Of a DNA stretch of 64,000 nucleotides, positions 52,201-64,000 are shown in pieces. A program made the position numbers and the translations under genes. Under the pieces are notes generated by a model, which was not told the DNA's origin, searched no databases, and was given only the letters and a program-made list of their open reading frames with translations. Origin of the DNA: Takakia lepidozioides (lineage: Eukaryota; Plantae; Bryophyta); the NCBI GenBank assembly GCA_030704615.1, contig CM060731.1, forward strand, positions 77,066,001-77,130,000, written 5' to 3'. Position 1 is the first letter of the stretch. Every line of letters begins with the position of its first letter.

Positions 52201-52939
52201 TTGTCAAAAGTTTCCAACACAACACGATGCACCCGCACGTTCTCTGACTGCATCATCACTTTCCACTGCCAAGTCATTATATGTCTACCACTTTGAGAAA
52301 TGTTTGAAAGACCACCACACATGCTGTCACATGACACTTGTGACCACTTTAGTACATCATTGAAAACTTATACGATAAAACCATCACCACATGAAAGAGA
52401 ATTGGGCTGTAATGCATCAAAAGGGGACCTGCATAGGCTATGCAATACAAATGCTAATACAGGTGGGGGATCTGTCCAACCGTCTGCTCCCAGATCCTCA
52501 TCAGACACCTAATTATCAGATTTTCTCCAAACAGAAAGCCTCCGGGGAGGCGACCTCACATTGCATGGAATTAATGTTTTTGCTCTCGCTGCATGTTTCA
52601 AATTTTACTTTAGTATCGGCATCAGGCCACACGACCTCTCTCAACACGTCGTTCACTTCCTTCCCCCCTCATCTTTTTCCAGCCTAGTAAGAGAGCAACT
52701 TGCTTCCTAAACAAAAAGCGGTAGTTATGCCCAAGAGGATAGTTTGGCCAACGGCTCGCACGAGGTGCATGCAGTAGACTCAACACGAAATCGTTTGACA
52801 AACAACCTAATATGACACTCAGCTGATCCACAGTATCATGTTGTATCTCTAATGTCCAAGGAGTGAGGATATTTGGAGCCCTTTCAAGGTGTGGTGGAGG
52901 TGAGGGTGGTACTGATGCCTTTGCATGCTTCCGCTTGGG

Positions 52940-53200
52940 AACCATTCGTTGCATGCACCAGGAAAGCTGGCTATGTTGAGAAACTCCATGAACTCTTTGC
53001 AGAGATGAAGGCTGTAGGTTGTGTCCAAGATGTGCTAACTTACAACACGCTGATTGACAATTTGTCAAACTTGGCCATTTACATCAGGCATGTTTGGTCT
53101 TCGAGTAAATGAAAGACAGAGGCTTCAAACATGCTGCATATTCATACCCAAGTTGTGATCTAGTGTAAGCTCTTTGTGAATTAGGATATATACTGAAACT
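52940..53200 (+). pseudogene. Pentatricopeptide repeat (P-type PPR) gene relic
   Basis: KAGYVEKLHELFAEMKAVGCVQDVLTYNTLIDNLS, then after a frameshift KLGHLHQACLVFE*MKDRGFK with an in-frame TAA. Confidence 0.75.
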
Positions 53201-55529
53201 CGAGATCATTGGAGAATACCCACACTCTCAACTAACTAGGAATGGAGCATTAGCTCATATTCAGCAGATAGTGACAAAAATGATACTTGTGTGGTAATAG
53301 ACGACACATAACATGGATATGGGACTCCCCAATGCATTGACACTCTATAGGCTTTTCAAAACTCACAACATTGCAGAACATCATCAAACCCACCGGCTGA
53401 TAACTCTAGCAACACAGTTAGGGCCTACCCACATCTTGAAATAGTATTGCTCACTATTGGTGTTCTTCAGTCCTGTAAGGGTGCAACAAAGTTCAGTTAC
53501 CTCAATACAAATCTCAAACACAAAAGTGTTTGAGAATTTACATCATGATGTGATGATATAATTGTGAGGGGGTTAAAATTCCCAATCTATTTAACATACA
53601 TTAGAACAGTTACTACAAAATTTGAATAAACTGGACACAAGAGTAGGAAATGATAATGTACCCATTGATTTGGCAGACCAACTGTTCACCAACATAACTT
53701 TCTATATCATTTGAGAGTTGAAGGATGTCACACGCCACAAATTGCAACTTTCTCCTCACCAATGTATCACATACTACCAATCACACATATATACATTGCA
53801 TATATCTTATTTCAATGACATGACAAGGTTTTCTATTAGTCGAGAGAACTGAGGGTCACAATCCATATAGTCCACATTTAACAAGGATTGACACTACCAC
53901 AGTGAAGAATAAATTGGCCCAAATTGAAAATGAAGCTAATATATACCAAGTTCCATAAGCCTCCAAGTTGAGACCAGCACCCAGCACAAAACAGTTCTCT
54001 TTCTGTCACTGTCACATAGGTAAGAAGAAGATGGCCAAGACATACCTCAAACTTTCTTGTTTCTTGTTTCTTGTTTCTATTTCGACTTCAGAATATCCCT
54101 CTTGAAACTTCTACATGAATAGTTGAACCCCTCCACAACCCCAAGAAACAATTATATTGTGATCGAGTATCGGTAGTCTCAGACTACAAGTCCTTAAGGA
54201 GGAGCTAAGACAATCACATGCGTGCTTGCCATTACCACAGCTGATTGCTCTTACAATATTGATTTTAGCTCTAGGTAGTCCGATGCCAAATCAAGGATAT
54301 TTGGGATCGGATTATTGGAACCATAAGCACACTACAGAGTTCACGTTAGTAGGTTGGGCCCTTTTCTTGTAAAAGTGCACACTTGATTACAGTCAAATTT
54401 TAGCATACAAAGCTCTAATCGATGTGTGTAGCCCAAGGGGAATGTCAGCTAGTATAGGTAGTAGGTACTGGAAGTTGCATCTTCCATTGAGTGTGGTCAA
54501 AGCATCAGTTGCAGCTTTTGGACATACTAACCATCTAAAGCAAAATCTACAAGATATGACTATACCCTGCCACAAAGCCCAACGCAATGCAATGAAATCC
54601 TTCAAGACATCAGCCGCTCCATCCAGTAATACATTGACCTATATGCAAGTAATATATGAACACTAGAGATGAAAACAAACAATAGAGCACACGGTGAAGG
54701 TGTGACGTCCGGGGTGTGCGGCCTAATCTCTCATTCAAGGTAGGCTAATCTAGAGCTCTAATCGAGCACACACAAATGCAAAAGAAAAAAAGGAAAGTAG
54801 CCTTAAATAGAAAGTACAAAACCACACTATCAAAACAGAGCAATGCCCGTGCATCGCAACGAAGATGCGCCATCAATCATGCTAAGCGTTGCAACATAAA
54901 TTCACACCAAAATCGACAAGCTGCCCCGCAGCTTGCACTACAAAGAAAACGGAGAGCGGGAAACAAAAGACAAGAGCACTCACGCGGGAAGACAATATCG
55001 TAAACCTCGATGCCACCCCTGCATGCATACATTTCACACGGGCAGACACCCAGGTCGGGGGCACACACAATGTCACTTTGCATCGAGGCCCAGGTGGCCT
55101 CCCATAGCTTCACTAGTGGAAATCCACGCCCGGACACGTTGGACGCCGGCTATGCCAAGCCAATGGGGCTTCCGGCCTGCCACGTTGGCGGGTCAACACC
55201 GCTGGCACCTCCTGGGCCAAACGATTCAGCCCCTCTTGGCACTTGGAAATTTCTTAAATGCGCTGTAGTTACTGTCTCTGGCCGCTCTAAATTGGAGCGA
55301 ACATAGAGCTAAATGGGCTACATTTTCGGATCAGGGATGAACCTCATCCAATGTCATCCAAAAACGTTACGTCCTGGATGAAAAATGACGCGACCCATTT
55401 TGGGTTCCGTTGTCGTTTTGTGGATAATTACACTAGAAAGTGAAAGAGTGTTATTCTTAAGTGTTCTAAAATTCCTACTCTCTAGTATGGTGTTAAAGCA
55501 ACATGTACAGTTGTTATATGTCATTATTT

Positions 55530-55703
55530 GGACAACCAAGTTGTATCCCAATGTAATGGGCATATACCACCTCGAAAGTGGTTGTAGGTTCAATCCACCG
55601 ATTAGTGTCAAAAAGTTGTTCACCTTCCCGCATGAAGGCTGTAGCCCTTCAGAATAAAGAGATACCATAATTTACGCTTCCTTAGGGAGGCGTCATATAC
55701 TAT
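55530..55703 (+). mobile_element. tRNA-derived SINE, copy 2
   Basis: GACAACCA start, B-box GGTTCAATCC, and 3' CCATAATTTACGCTTCCTTAGGGAGGCGTC. Flanked by the 13-bp direct repeat TATGTCATTATTT. Colinear with 29691-29864. Confidence 0.85.
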
Positions 55704-57009
55704 TATGTCATTATTTTGGATGAAATAGTTATTATATGTCATCATATTGGATGCAATTGATGGCCTTTTGCAACAATTTGTTGAGCTTTCCGTCCTTCAA
55801 ATGACATTGAGGCTGAGATGCCTTGGAGTTTGTTAATTTTGAGGCCCAAGTTGATTGAAACGAGTCATTTCAACCAAACGATGATGAGATGTGTGACATG
55901 GTTGGTCCAGTCGAAGAAGTCAAGCTGGAAGCATGTCAAAGAGGAAACTTCGATTCCACAAGAACTTGCAATGTTTTTTTTAGAAGTTAATGTTGCACCA
56001 CATACTATCAAGCTATACATTGAATACCAACCTCAAGACACTACTATTGTCAAAATGTTTGTCAATTCAGAAGGAGTCCTGTATGCTTCTAGGACATCCA
56101 ATTCTCAACAAATTGACATTTTTCTTATTCTATTTATAATTAATGAATAAATGTTACTTTCCGTGTAGTTGACCTTTATAATTGTTAGGGTAGGATATTA
56201 TTCCTAACAATTATGTAGGAGCAAAAGGATGTTTCTTGATCAAATTGGTCCAATTAGTCGGTAGTATAAAGTGGCAGGATATAAAAAGACCATAGATAAA
56301 CTTGGGGGAACCACGAGGCTTATATCAGCAATTGCCGACACATAGAAGGAAAAGACACTAATTTAAGTTAGACAACGGATTCTAGAAGACCGACTATGTT
56401 GCGTAATTGGTTACAAGAGATAAACCCGATAGGGCATATTTAAGAGTTAGAACAGGATTGCAGGCCTTCTTGGCAGCTACTCGATATATACTATACATGA
56501 TATGATAAACCTTCAAAGAAGACTAGGCAAGAAGCTAAGCCTAGTTGGGCTTGCCACTCTTGTCCTTGATCCCCCTTTTACCTTTTCTCCCATAGCAATA
56601 TTTTGTCGCTCCTTTTGTAGTGGTATTGTTGGTGGAAACATGCACGCTCCAAGCTCTAACAAGGAAGGGAGGTAAAACATGTGGCTAGTCGCGTAATGGC
56701 TCCACCCTATTTATATAATTGGAATGCTAGTGCTCGTGGTCCTGATTTTCTTGAAATAAAAATTATAAATATTTAAAACATAAAATCAAAACCGCCAGCC
56801 TTGACAGTGATCCCTGAAGATAATAGTAAATAAATAAATATTTGTTTTCCAAATAAAATTTCTTTCTAGGACTTCTGGACAAAGGGGAATTGGGAAGCAA
56901 ATAAAATCTCTATTTTGTGACCGTAAATATTTAGAGTCAAATTATTTTATCTTTTCACATCGATATAAAATAATAATAATAAATTAAATGCAAGGACCAA
57001 ATGCCAAAA

Positions 57010-57285
57010 GATAAAATTGAATATGGAATGAGAGGGATAAATTTGAAGGGAACTGAATATAATGGAATTCAATGTGATAAAACTGCCCTTTTATCAATAA
57101 AATGTTCGGGCTTCATCCCCTTCAAAAAAAGAAAACAAGAAAAACTAAAAAGAACTGAATATAATGGAAGTCAATGATTCTGATAAAATTGAGAATATAA
57201 TAGAGCCCAAGGGATAAATCTGAAGCGAATTGAATATAATGTAACTAAAGGGATAAATCTGAAGGGAACTGAATATAATGAAATC
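57010..57285. repeat. Degenerate ~40-bp AT-rich repeats
   Basis: Recurrent GGGATAAAT(C/T)TGAAG(G/C)GAA(C/T)TGAATATAATG. Confidence 0.65.
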
Positions 57286-57684
57286 AGAACATGGGTAACA
57301 ATAGATGGATGAGAATCTAGAGTACACTGAAAATGGCTATTCATTGGAGAAGATAAGATCGTTAGATAGGTATTAACTGGGGAAGGTATATCAGGAGGAA
57401 ACTATGGTCTCTTGTCTCTTCTTAGGAAGGAGCCAACAAAGGAAATTGGGCTTCAATGATACGAATTACTATTATTATCAAGTCTCAATTGGAATGGTTA
57501 CACTACTATATTTTGTTCTGCGTGTCTTCGAACAAGTGCTCCTAACCAGGTCATTTCCTCTATTGCATTTGTACTCTTAGACAGATCTGTATGCTACCAA
57601 CTAAATTAAAAACTCATAAAATTATGCACTTATGTCGCCTTATAAATTTTCATCCAATGATCACCATTTTTTCTTCAAAAGCAC

Positions 57685-58165
57685 TACGGTAGCTTGTGCA
57701 GTTGGCCCAAGTGTCCAATGTCATCTAAGCCCAAGTGCAATCTCCTATGCATCCAACTTTGCCGTCTCCCATGTGTGTCTCCTATGTCGAGGCCCAAATG
57801 CAACCTCGAGGGTAGCCTTTGCCATTGGCCCAAGTGTCCAATGTCATCTAAGTGGGTTTTTTCCACATATCCCAGTGTGCAATCCCCTCTGTATCTAGAG
57901 ACCCTCCAGTTTGGGAGATCTAGGCCTAGGGTAGCCTACGCCATTGGCCCATGTGTTAAGAATTGAAATCTAAGTCCAAGTGCAATCCCCTATGTATTCA
58001 AGTAGCGTCTCCTATGTCAAGGTCCATGTGTGAAGAATTGAAATCTAAGCCCAAGTGCAAATTCTTATGTACCCAAGTGGTTATGTCAAGGCCCAAGTGC
58101 GACCTCTAGCATAGCCTATGCCGAGTGTCCAATGCCATCTAAGTCCAAGTGCAATCCCATATCTA
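57685..58165. repeat. Degenerate tandem array
   Basis: Recurrent GGCCCAAGTGTCCAATGTCATCTAAG(C/T)CCAAGTGCAATC units with GGGTAGCCT...GCCATTGGCCC linkers. Confidence 0.75.
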
Positions 58166-58169
58166 ATAG

Positions 58170-58265
58170 TTTTTTATTTTTTTCAGAGAGCGTACGACCA
58201 GATTTGAACCGGAGACCTTTTCCTTGATATCTCTCCTCTCGAGGCTCCAACCATTGTCTAAGGAA
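58170..58265 (-). mobile_element. Short tRNA-like SINE with A-rich tail
   Basis: Reverse complement shows an A-box-like TAGACAATGG, B-box GGTTCAAATC, then AAAAAAATAAAAAA. Confidence 0.4.
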
Positions 58266-59593
58266 TGCCCACTTTGCCATTTTTGCTATTTTTTGTGAAT
58301 TTCCAGTGATCAAAAGTACTTGGAATTCGATATCTCCCACACCGCATGTCCAAAAATCATGAGACCAAGCCCGTGCATCCCTCCTCTTCGAGGGCTTTCC
58401 AACGGTACCAAGCACTAGGGCTGGGGCCTTGTGGTTCGGGACAGCTCACCGTGACAAAACAAAGCACAGCAAAACAAAACAAACAAATCGTCTTAATTCA
58501 TATATTGATTGTCCAACCAAGGAGGGTAACTTGGGGAAGGTACAACTTGATCAAATTGGTTGGTTTGAGGGCCTTACCACATGAGCGGCAGCAGAAGTCC
58601 CCGCAAACTGCTGAAGGCCTGTTGCTTGGTTTATGGATCGTAAACTGGCACCCTCACCTACCACACGGGAGGAACGGCAAGGAGAAGGCAAAGTGACGTG
58701 GTGCTTATGTGGAGCCTCTCCGCGAAAGTAGGATTTCCAGGGACCATTGCCAGGAAATCCGAAATCTTAGAGAACTTCTTTGTCGCGATCTGCTCCTTCT
58801 CGCCGTGGCCCTCATATGAGACATTCATTTTTGCTTCTCAACGATCTATTCCCATGCCCCACTGCCGCTCATGTGGTAGCGTTAATTTGTTTTTGCTGAC
58901 ATGGGCCTACTCTCCATAACATGCAGTGCTACAATCCTAGCCAGGGACTTCCATGTCACTCGAGCTCACTGCCGCTAGTGTGGTAAGGCCCTGAGAAAGA
59001 TACTTAGGCAAGCCAATCTTGCCAATCTTAATAGAGGACAATTGGCTTGGATATACCTCTATTGGTCACAACGTTAAACAGAATAAATGTCCTTGTTGGG
59101 AAACAAATTATAAATCAAACTTGATAGATAAACTTACTTGATTTTTTTCAAATTATGTTTTTACTTGGTTGCAACTGGCCAATGATCATTAAAATAGTTT
59201 AACTCAAACATATTACTACTTAAATAGCAATATGTATTTTGCATGTTATGTTACAAGCTCATGTTTGTGGCTGGGCCATGCCAGTGTTGTTGGGACGTTA
59301 AGTGAATACATGACATTCCAAATTCCTAGAAGTGGGCTTTGTATTCAAGCTCTAGAAAGACAGTGTAAACAGTTTCTCCTTAGATGTGATGAGAAAATAT
59401 TTACTGTTACTAATGGTCTCTCACCACTCAAATTTTTGCAAAGCGCATTTCCTAACTCATATTGCATCATCATGTTTTCACATTGTGGATTTCCTAACTA
59501 TGTTCAACGCCTTGTAATCTTAGTTACTATCTTCTACTAATATCCAATTTGGTCTAGCTCTAAATCCTTGACAACTACATACTTAAGTTAGAT

Positions 59594-59663
59594 CCTTTCC
59601 CTCCAAGCCAGTAGCCCCTTGTGGTCAAGAGACACCATAATTTACGCCTTCTTGGGGCGGCGC
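59594..59663 (+). mobile_element. tRNA-derived SINE, copy 3 (5'-truncated)
   Basis: CAGTAGCCCCTTGTGGTCAAGAGACACCATAATTTACGCCTTCTTGGGGCGGCG matches the 3' half of copies 1 and 2. Confidence 0.8.
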
Positions 59664-60581
59664 CTTTGCAACTTATATATCTATTGGATGTTCATTGAAT
59701 GACACATTTAAGTTTTGTTGTCTTCGAGACCAAATCAAAGAAAACTCCAAGCACTTTTATAGAATCAAAATCACAAATTCTAGGGACTAAAAGAGAATTT
59801 ATAGGACTCATCCACTTTTCATGGGGTTGCAGGATTTGACTGATCTCCCAACCAGTGTTTTTCTTAAGAAATTTGGAAAATAGCGCGAGTGGCTACAGAG
59901 TTTTGCAGGAAATAGCCATTTATTCTGTTCATCCAATATAATTCATCCACCTATGTGCCATCATCCATATATGGTGAATTCATCCATAATTTATTTTTTA
60001 TTTGGAGAAATTTGGCGATTTCATCCATGAAAAAAGGTGGATTTGCGACAGAATATTTGATTTTATTTTTTGAGGTCGAAATCTGGTGATTATTTGCCAC
60101 TAAAAGAATGGCTGCTCCCAACAGAGGACAGCTAGGGACCGATATACCTTACCCAGCCGGGAGAGAATCATGGTGGACTCTTTCCGAAGCAAACATAACT
60201 TATGGTGTCACTTCATCCCAAATGGCTAGAAAGCTACCTTGGGGTGTGCATGACGGAAGAACGCCAAAAAAATACAAAAAATTAGAATAAAGCCCTGAAT
60301 GAGCTACAAAATAAAATATATATCTCAACACCCTAAAAGCACAAATCATTCTTCTTGGAAGCAACCGGCCAATGACATTTCAATTGAACTGTCCACATGA
60401 TTCCTCCTAAAATGGAATCAGAACTTATTTGTGGGTCCCATAACAAATGGAATTCTAAAATTACCAATTATTTTTAAATCCCTTAGACAAATTCACCTTA
60501 CCACAAAGTACCTACATTCACAGTGTGAATTTCTCACAGCAGGTTAGGAAAGGACCTACTTCCCAACAGGATTACTCCCAC

Positions 60582-61325
60582 TCATTCACACTTGCTGCCC
60601 TTCATCATGATCTCTAGTGTGGCTCTCTTTTGGATGAAAATCATCCATACCTTGGACCACCACCTTTTACCGGTGCCTATCCCCAGTCTCTATTTCATTC
60701 ACACTTGCTGCCCTTCATCATGATCCCCAGTGCCATGTTTTGGATGAAAATCATCCACCCCTTGGACCACCACCACCTGTCACCAGTGCCTATCCCCAGT
60801 CCCTATTTCATTCACACTTGCTGCCCTTCATCATGATCCCTAGTGCCGTTTTTTGGATGCAAATCATCCATCCATTGGATCACCACCTTTTACCAGTGCC
60901 TATTCCCAGTCTCTATTTCATTCACACTTGCTGCCCTTCATCATGATCCCTAGTGCCATCTTTTGGATGAAAATCATCCACCCCTTGGACGACCATACCT
61001 ATCCCCCCCTATTTCATCCACACTTGCTGCCCTTCATCATGATCCCTAGTGCCATCTTTTGGATGAAAATCATCCATCCCTTGGCCTACCCCAGCCTCTA
61101 TTTCATTCACACTTGTTGCCCTTCATCATGATCCCTAGTGCCATCTTTTAGATAAAAATCATCCACCCCTTGGAGCACCACCTTTTACCAGTGCCTATCC
61201 CCAGCCCCTATTTCATTCACAGTTGCTGCCCTTACACTTGCTGCCCTTCATCATGATCCCTAGTGCCATCTTTTGGATGAAAAGCATCCATCCCTTGGAG
61301 CACCACCTTTTACCAGTGCCTATCC
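60582..61325. repeat. Minisatellite, ~110-bp unit, about 7 copies
   Basis: Unit TTCATTCACACTTGCTGCCCTTCATCATGATCCCTAGTGCCATCTTTTGGATGAAAATCATCCACCCCTTGGACCACCACCTTTTACCAGTGCCTATCCCCAGTCTCTA, with deletion variants. It explains the repetitive ORFs at 60630-61509. Confidence 0.95.
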
Positions 61326-62053
61326 CGATTCCCCAGTCCCTAGCTCCCCAGTCAGACACTTTTGTTTGATAAAACGTTTTTGTCTGCACTCACTGCAACG
61401 GTACCTACCGTCTGCCTTTTCCCTACTATTTACGTCTCCCTCTCTGCTGTCTGCCCATCACTCTCCTGTCAGCCGCCTCTCCTTCTCCCTCTCTCTCTCT
61501 CTCTTCTGACTCTTCTAGAGCTTCCTTGTACCTCTGGGGACCATACTAGTGTCAGTTGAGAGTGTCTGTCTCTTCTAGTTATCCTCCTTTCTTTTGGGTC
61601 TTGAGCAGCTCCAGCTCTTTCTCTCGGATTCTCTCTCTCTCTCAAAGACACTCTCTTTCTCGTTCCACAGACAGATGCGCTCAGTCACTCAGATGGGTCC
61701 TGGGTTGAAATTGATGAGTATACAGCGTCCCTGAGGCTCTTTGGTTCTCTCTGTCTGAGCTCACACAGACTGGTACACCAGTTGAGTATTGCTTTGGGGT
61801 GGATGTTGGAAGTGGTCTGTGGTTTTGACTTTCTTGCTTGAGAAAATCGGAACTGAAGTTACTCCGAGGTCAAGTTTCTTGAACTGAAGAGATACAGAGC
61901 AAGGCAGAGGGAGGGAGGCATGTTTGGTGTAGCGACTGCGAGTGTTCTCATTCGCACAATGTAGGCTGGAACGCTGTTGGGCTGAAGCGGGAACGAAGGT
62001 CTACAGTGAAGGGAAATTCAGCGCTGTAAGGGGTGTAGAATAAGTCTTGGATC

Positions 62054-62881
62054 ATGGTATTCCATTTCCCCAGTGAGCCAGCGTCTGGTAGTGGGGCAGA
62101 TTTTGCCTCGTTATTGGGTTGGCCCCTCGGGCTTCGGTCTGGTGTGTTGATGGAGGTGGCCAGGCCCGCTGAGGCGGTGAGGCCAGGTGTAGAGACTGCC
62201 GAATTGCAAGCTGAGAACATGCCAAACAACTTTCTGCTCCCCTATATCTCTGCGAGTGCGTCGTCCGATTCTGATTCGGATACATACAGTGAGGCAGCGT
62301 CATCTTTCTTCAAGGATTCGCGGCGCATCACACTTGGGAGCCTCATTGGTCTGCCTTTGGATTCTTCAGGGAGGGCGGGCATTATGCGCGCAGAGATGAA
62401 CCAATATCAGGCCTTGGGCCACAGGCGGACGCGGAGCTTGGGATCCTGTGGGTTGTGGGACATTCTTGGCTGTGCCAGGGGAGCTCGAGTTGCTGCAGAG
62501 GCCAACCGGGATGAGGATGGAGATCCAAGCTCTTCCTACTCTCTTGCAGAACAACTGGAATTGGAACGAAGTGCAGTTACTGAACCCACTGCTGCTTCTG
62601 ATAAAGGGCTAGTGAGTGTGATGTATGAAGAATCTCTCTCAGCTGGTAGCCGGAGCCCTGAATGGAACCCCCAGTTCGTCTCCGCCAATAGTACGATTTC
62701 CGACGCCGACTCCATGGAGGACCAGCCATTCGAAACCGATGTGCTTGGAACTCCATCGAATGGCTACGGCAATTCCACAGAAAGAGTCCATGTCACTGCC
62801 CGCATGCAGAGGTCCTTCAGTATGCGCTCTTTCTTCTCTACTATCTGTTGTCGCTTGGATGCCCAGACTCCAGTTGAGTGA
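62054..62881 (+). CDS. Uncharacterised plant protein, At3g17950-like family
   Basis: Single-exon 275-aa ORF with family-type blocks GWPLGL, SSDSDSDTYSEAASSFFKDSRRITLGSLIG, SLAEQLELER and C-terminal FFSTICC. A CT-rich leader lies at 61480-61660. Confidence 0.8.
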   Translation: MVFHFPSEPASGSGADFASLLGWPLGLRSGVLMEVARPAEAVRPGVETAELQAENMPNNFLLPYISASASSDSDSDTYSEAASSFFKDSRRITLGSLIGLPLDSSGRAGIMRAEMNQYQALGHRRTRSLGSCGLWDILGCARGARVAAEANRDEDGDPSSSYSLAEQLELERSAVTEPTAASDKGLVSVMYEESLSAGSRSPEWNPQFVSANSTISDADSMEDQPFETDVLGTPSNGYGNSTERVHVTARMQRSFSMRSFFSTICCRLDAQTPVE

Positions 62882-64000
62882 CCAGGATATACATTGTAAG
62901 TTACTGTAAAGCGGGAGATAGGATCCTTATGTAACTGGTGCCACGGGGGTCTGTCATCTCTGTCCCAGGAGGAGCCAATTGAACGCATTGATAGCTAACT
63001 CAAAAGGTGGCACAGCGTTGATTTTCTTGTAGTATTAGTAGACTCAGGAGATGGATGGACGACTCAGGAAAACTAGAGAGGGTGCAATCTGGATACTAGA
63101 CTAGACAGAGATCACAACTCTAGAAAGATACTCTACAGAGGATCCCACAAGAGATTCTCACAGCACTTATGTGTTGACTAACTGTGTGATGAAAGATTTG
63201 AGGCCCTTAAGTTAAAGGCCGATGCTCTTGCGGTTAGTTTTCTGTGAGAGATGATAGTCTTCAGATTGTGGTTGCTGCAACCTTGTGGCCATAGCCCTGT
63301 GTTTGGGCAGAGAAACAGATACCCAGAGCTTGAACTGCTTGTGTTAAGCGACAAGTCGACAGTGAGGGAAAACCCAGCTACTCGGCCAATTCTCGTGTAC
63401 ACCAACTTCAGAGGTGCATAGAAGTGAGGGTATTTAATTCAACTCAACCAGAACAGCGCAAAACTTCCTCGCATAGTTGATGCTTTCCGTTTCTCTCAAC
63501 CTGTCCCCCATCTGCCTGGAAAAAGCAAGTTGGAATTGTTCGTGCTATGTCTACTTAAACAGGGTAAAGAAAAGAGGATTTTTTGGAGAAACATGAAGCA
63601 ATCACCCGAACCCCCCTCAGCACGCATCGATGAAGCTCCCCCACATCTCAAGTTACAGCACTTGAGAATCCGTATTTCGTGTCCCCTATCCTGCACCTCC
63701 CTCCCTGTCCTATCCCTGGCCCTATTTCCGGCTCCACTGTGAAACCCACTGTGCCCGGCATGTGGAAGGAGTGGACCCACCTATTGAAGAGTACTGGCAC
63801 TTTCCTGGTCAGCAACTACATCATGGAGTCCACGGAAATGGTCTCTCAGAAAAGAAGAAAAAGAATCGGATCATCGTCGTGAGGATGCGTTCATTGAACT
63901 GACTGTGTCGTGCACGAGCAGTTATCTTGTCGGGAGCTTCAGAAGCAAAGAAGTCAGATGAGAAAGCGGATGAATCAACTGTTTCCTTTCATGCATTTGT

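Noticed and set aside
54701-55322. Possible solo LTR (TGTGACG...GGCTACA)
   Set aside because: TG...CA ends are present, but the flanks (GAAGG / TTTTC) give no TSD and there is no second copy, PBS or PPT.
60582-61325. CRISPR array or repeat-protein gene
   Set aside because: There are no unique spacers, and the units shift frame, so the short ORFs are by-products.

Overview
Eukaryotic nuclear DNA from a land plant; a bryophyte-like origin is an inference from the moss-type CLE motif and gene/repeat style. Apparently intact genes: a 28-exon organellar DNA gyrase subunit A (20276-33824, +, 1005 aa, exon phases checked by hand, one GC-AG intron); a single-exon CLE peptide-hormone precursor (40831-41115, +, motif RFVPTGPNPLHN); an 8-exon two-domain Dabb (stress-responsive A/B barrel) gene (44609-48010, -); and a single-exon At3g17950-like gene (62054-62881, +). 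Divergent or broken genes: an intronless CIPK-like kinase with an altered catalytic loop and NAF motif, a triple-frameshifted F-box pseudogene with a partial local duplicate, and a PPR relic. The first ~12 kb and 49-61 kb are transposon-rich. They hold Ty3/gypsy gag pieces interleaved with CACTA-type ends, an L1-type RT relic, a decayed restriction-like-endonuclease (RLE) non-LTR retroelement whose tail motif recurs 4 times, a tRNA-derived SINE family with target-site duplications (3 copies, one in a gyrA intron), and several tandem arrays. No CRISPR array, rRNA or intact tRNA was seen.
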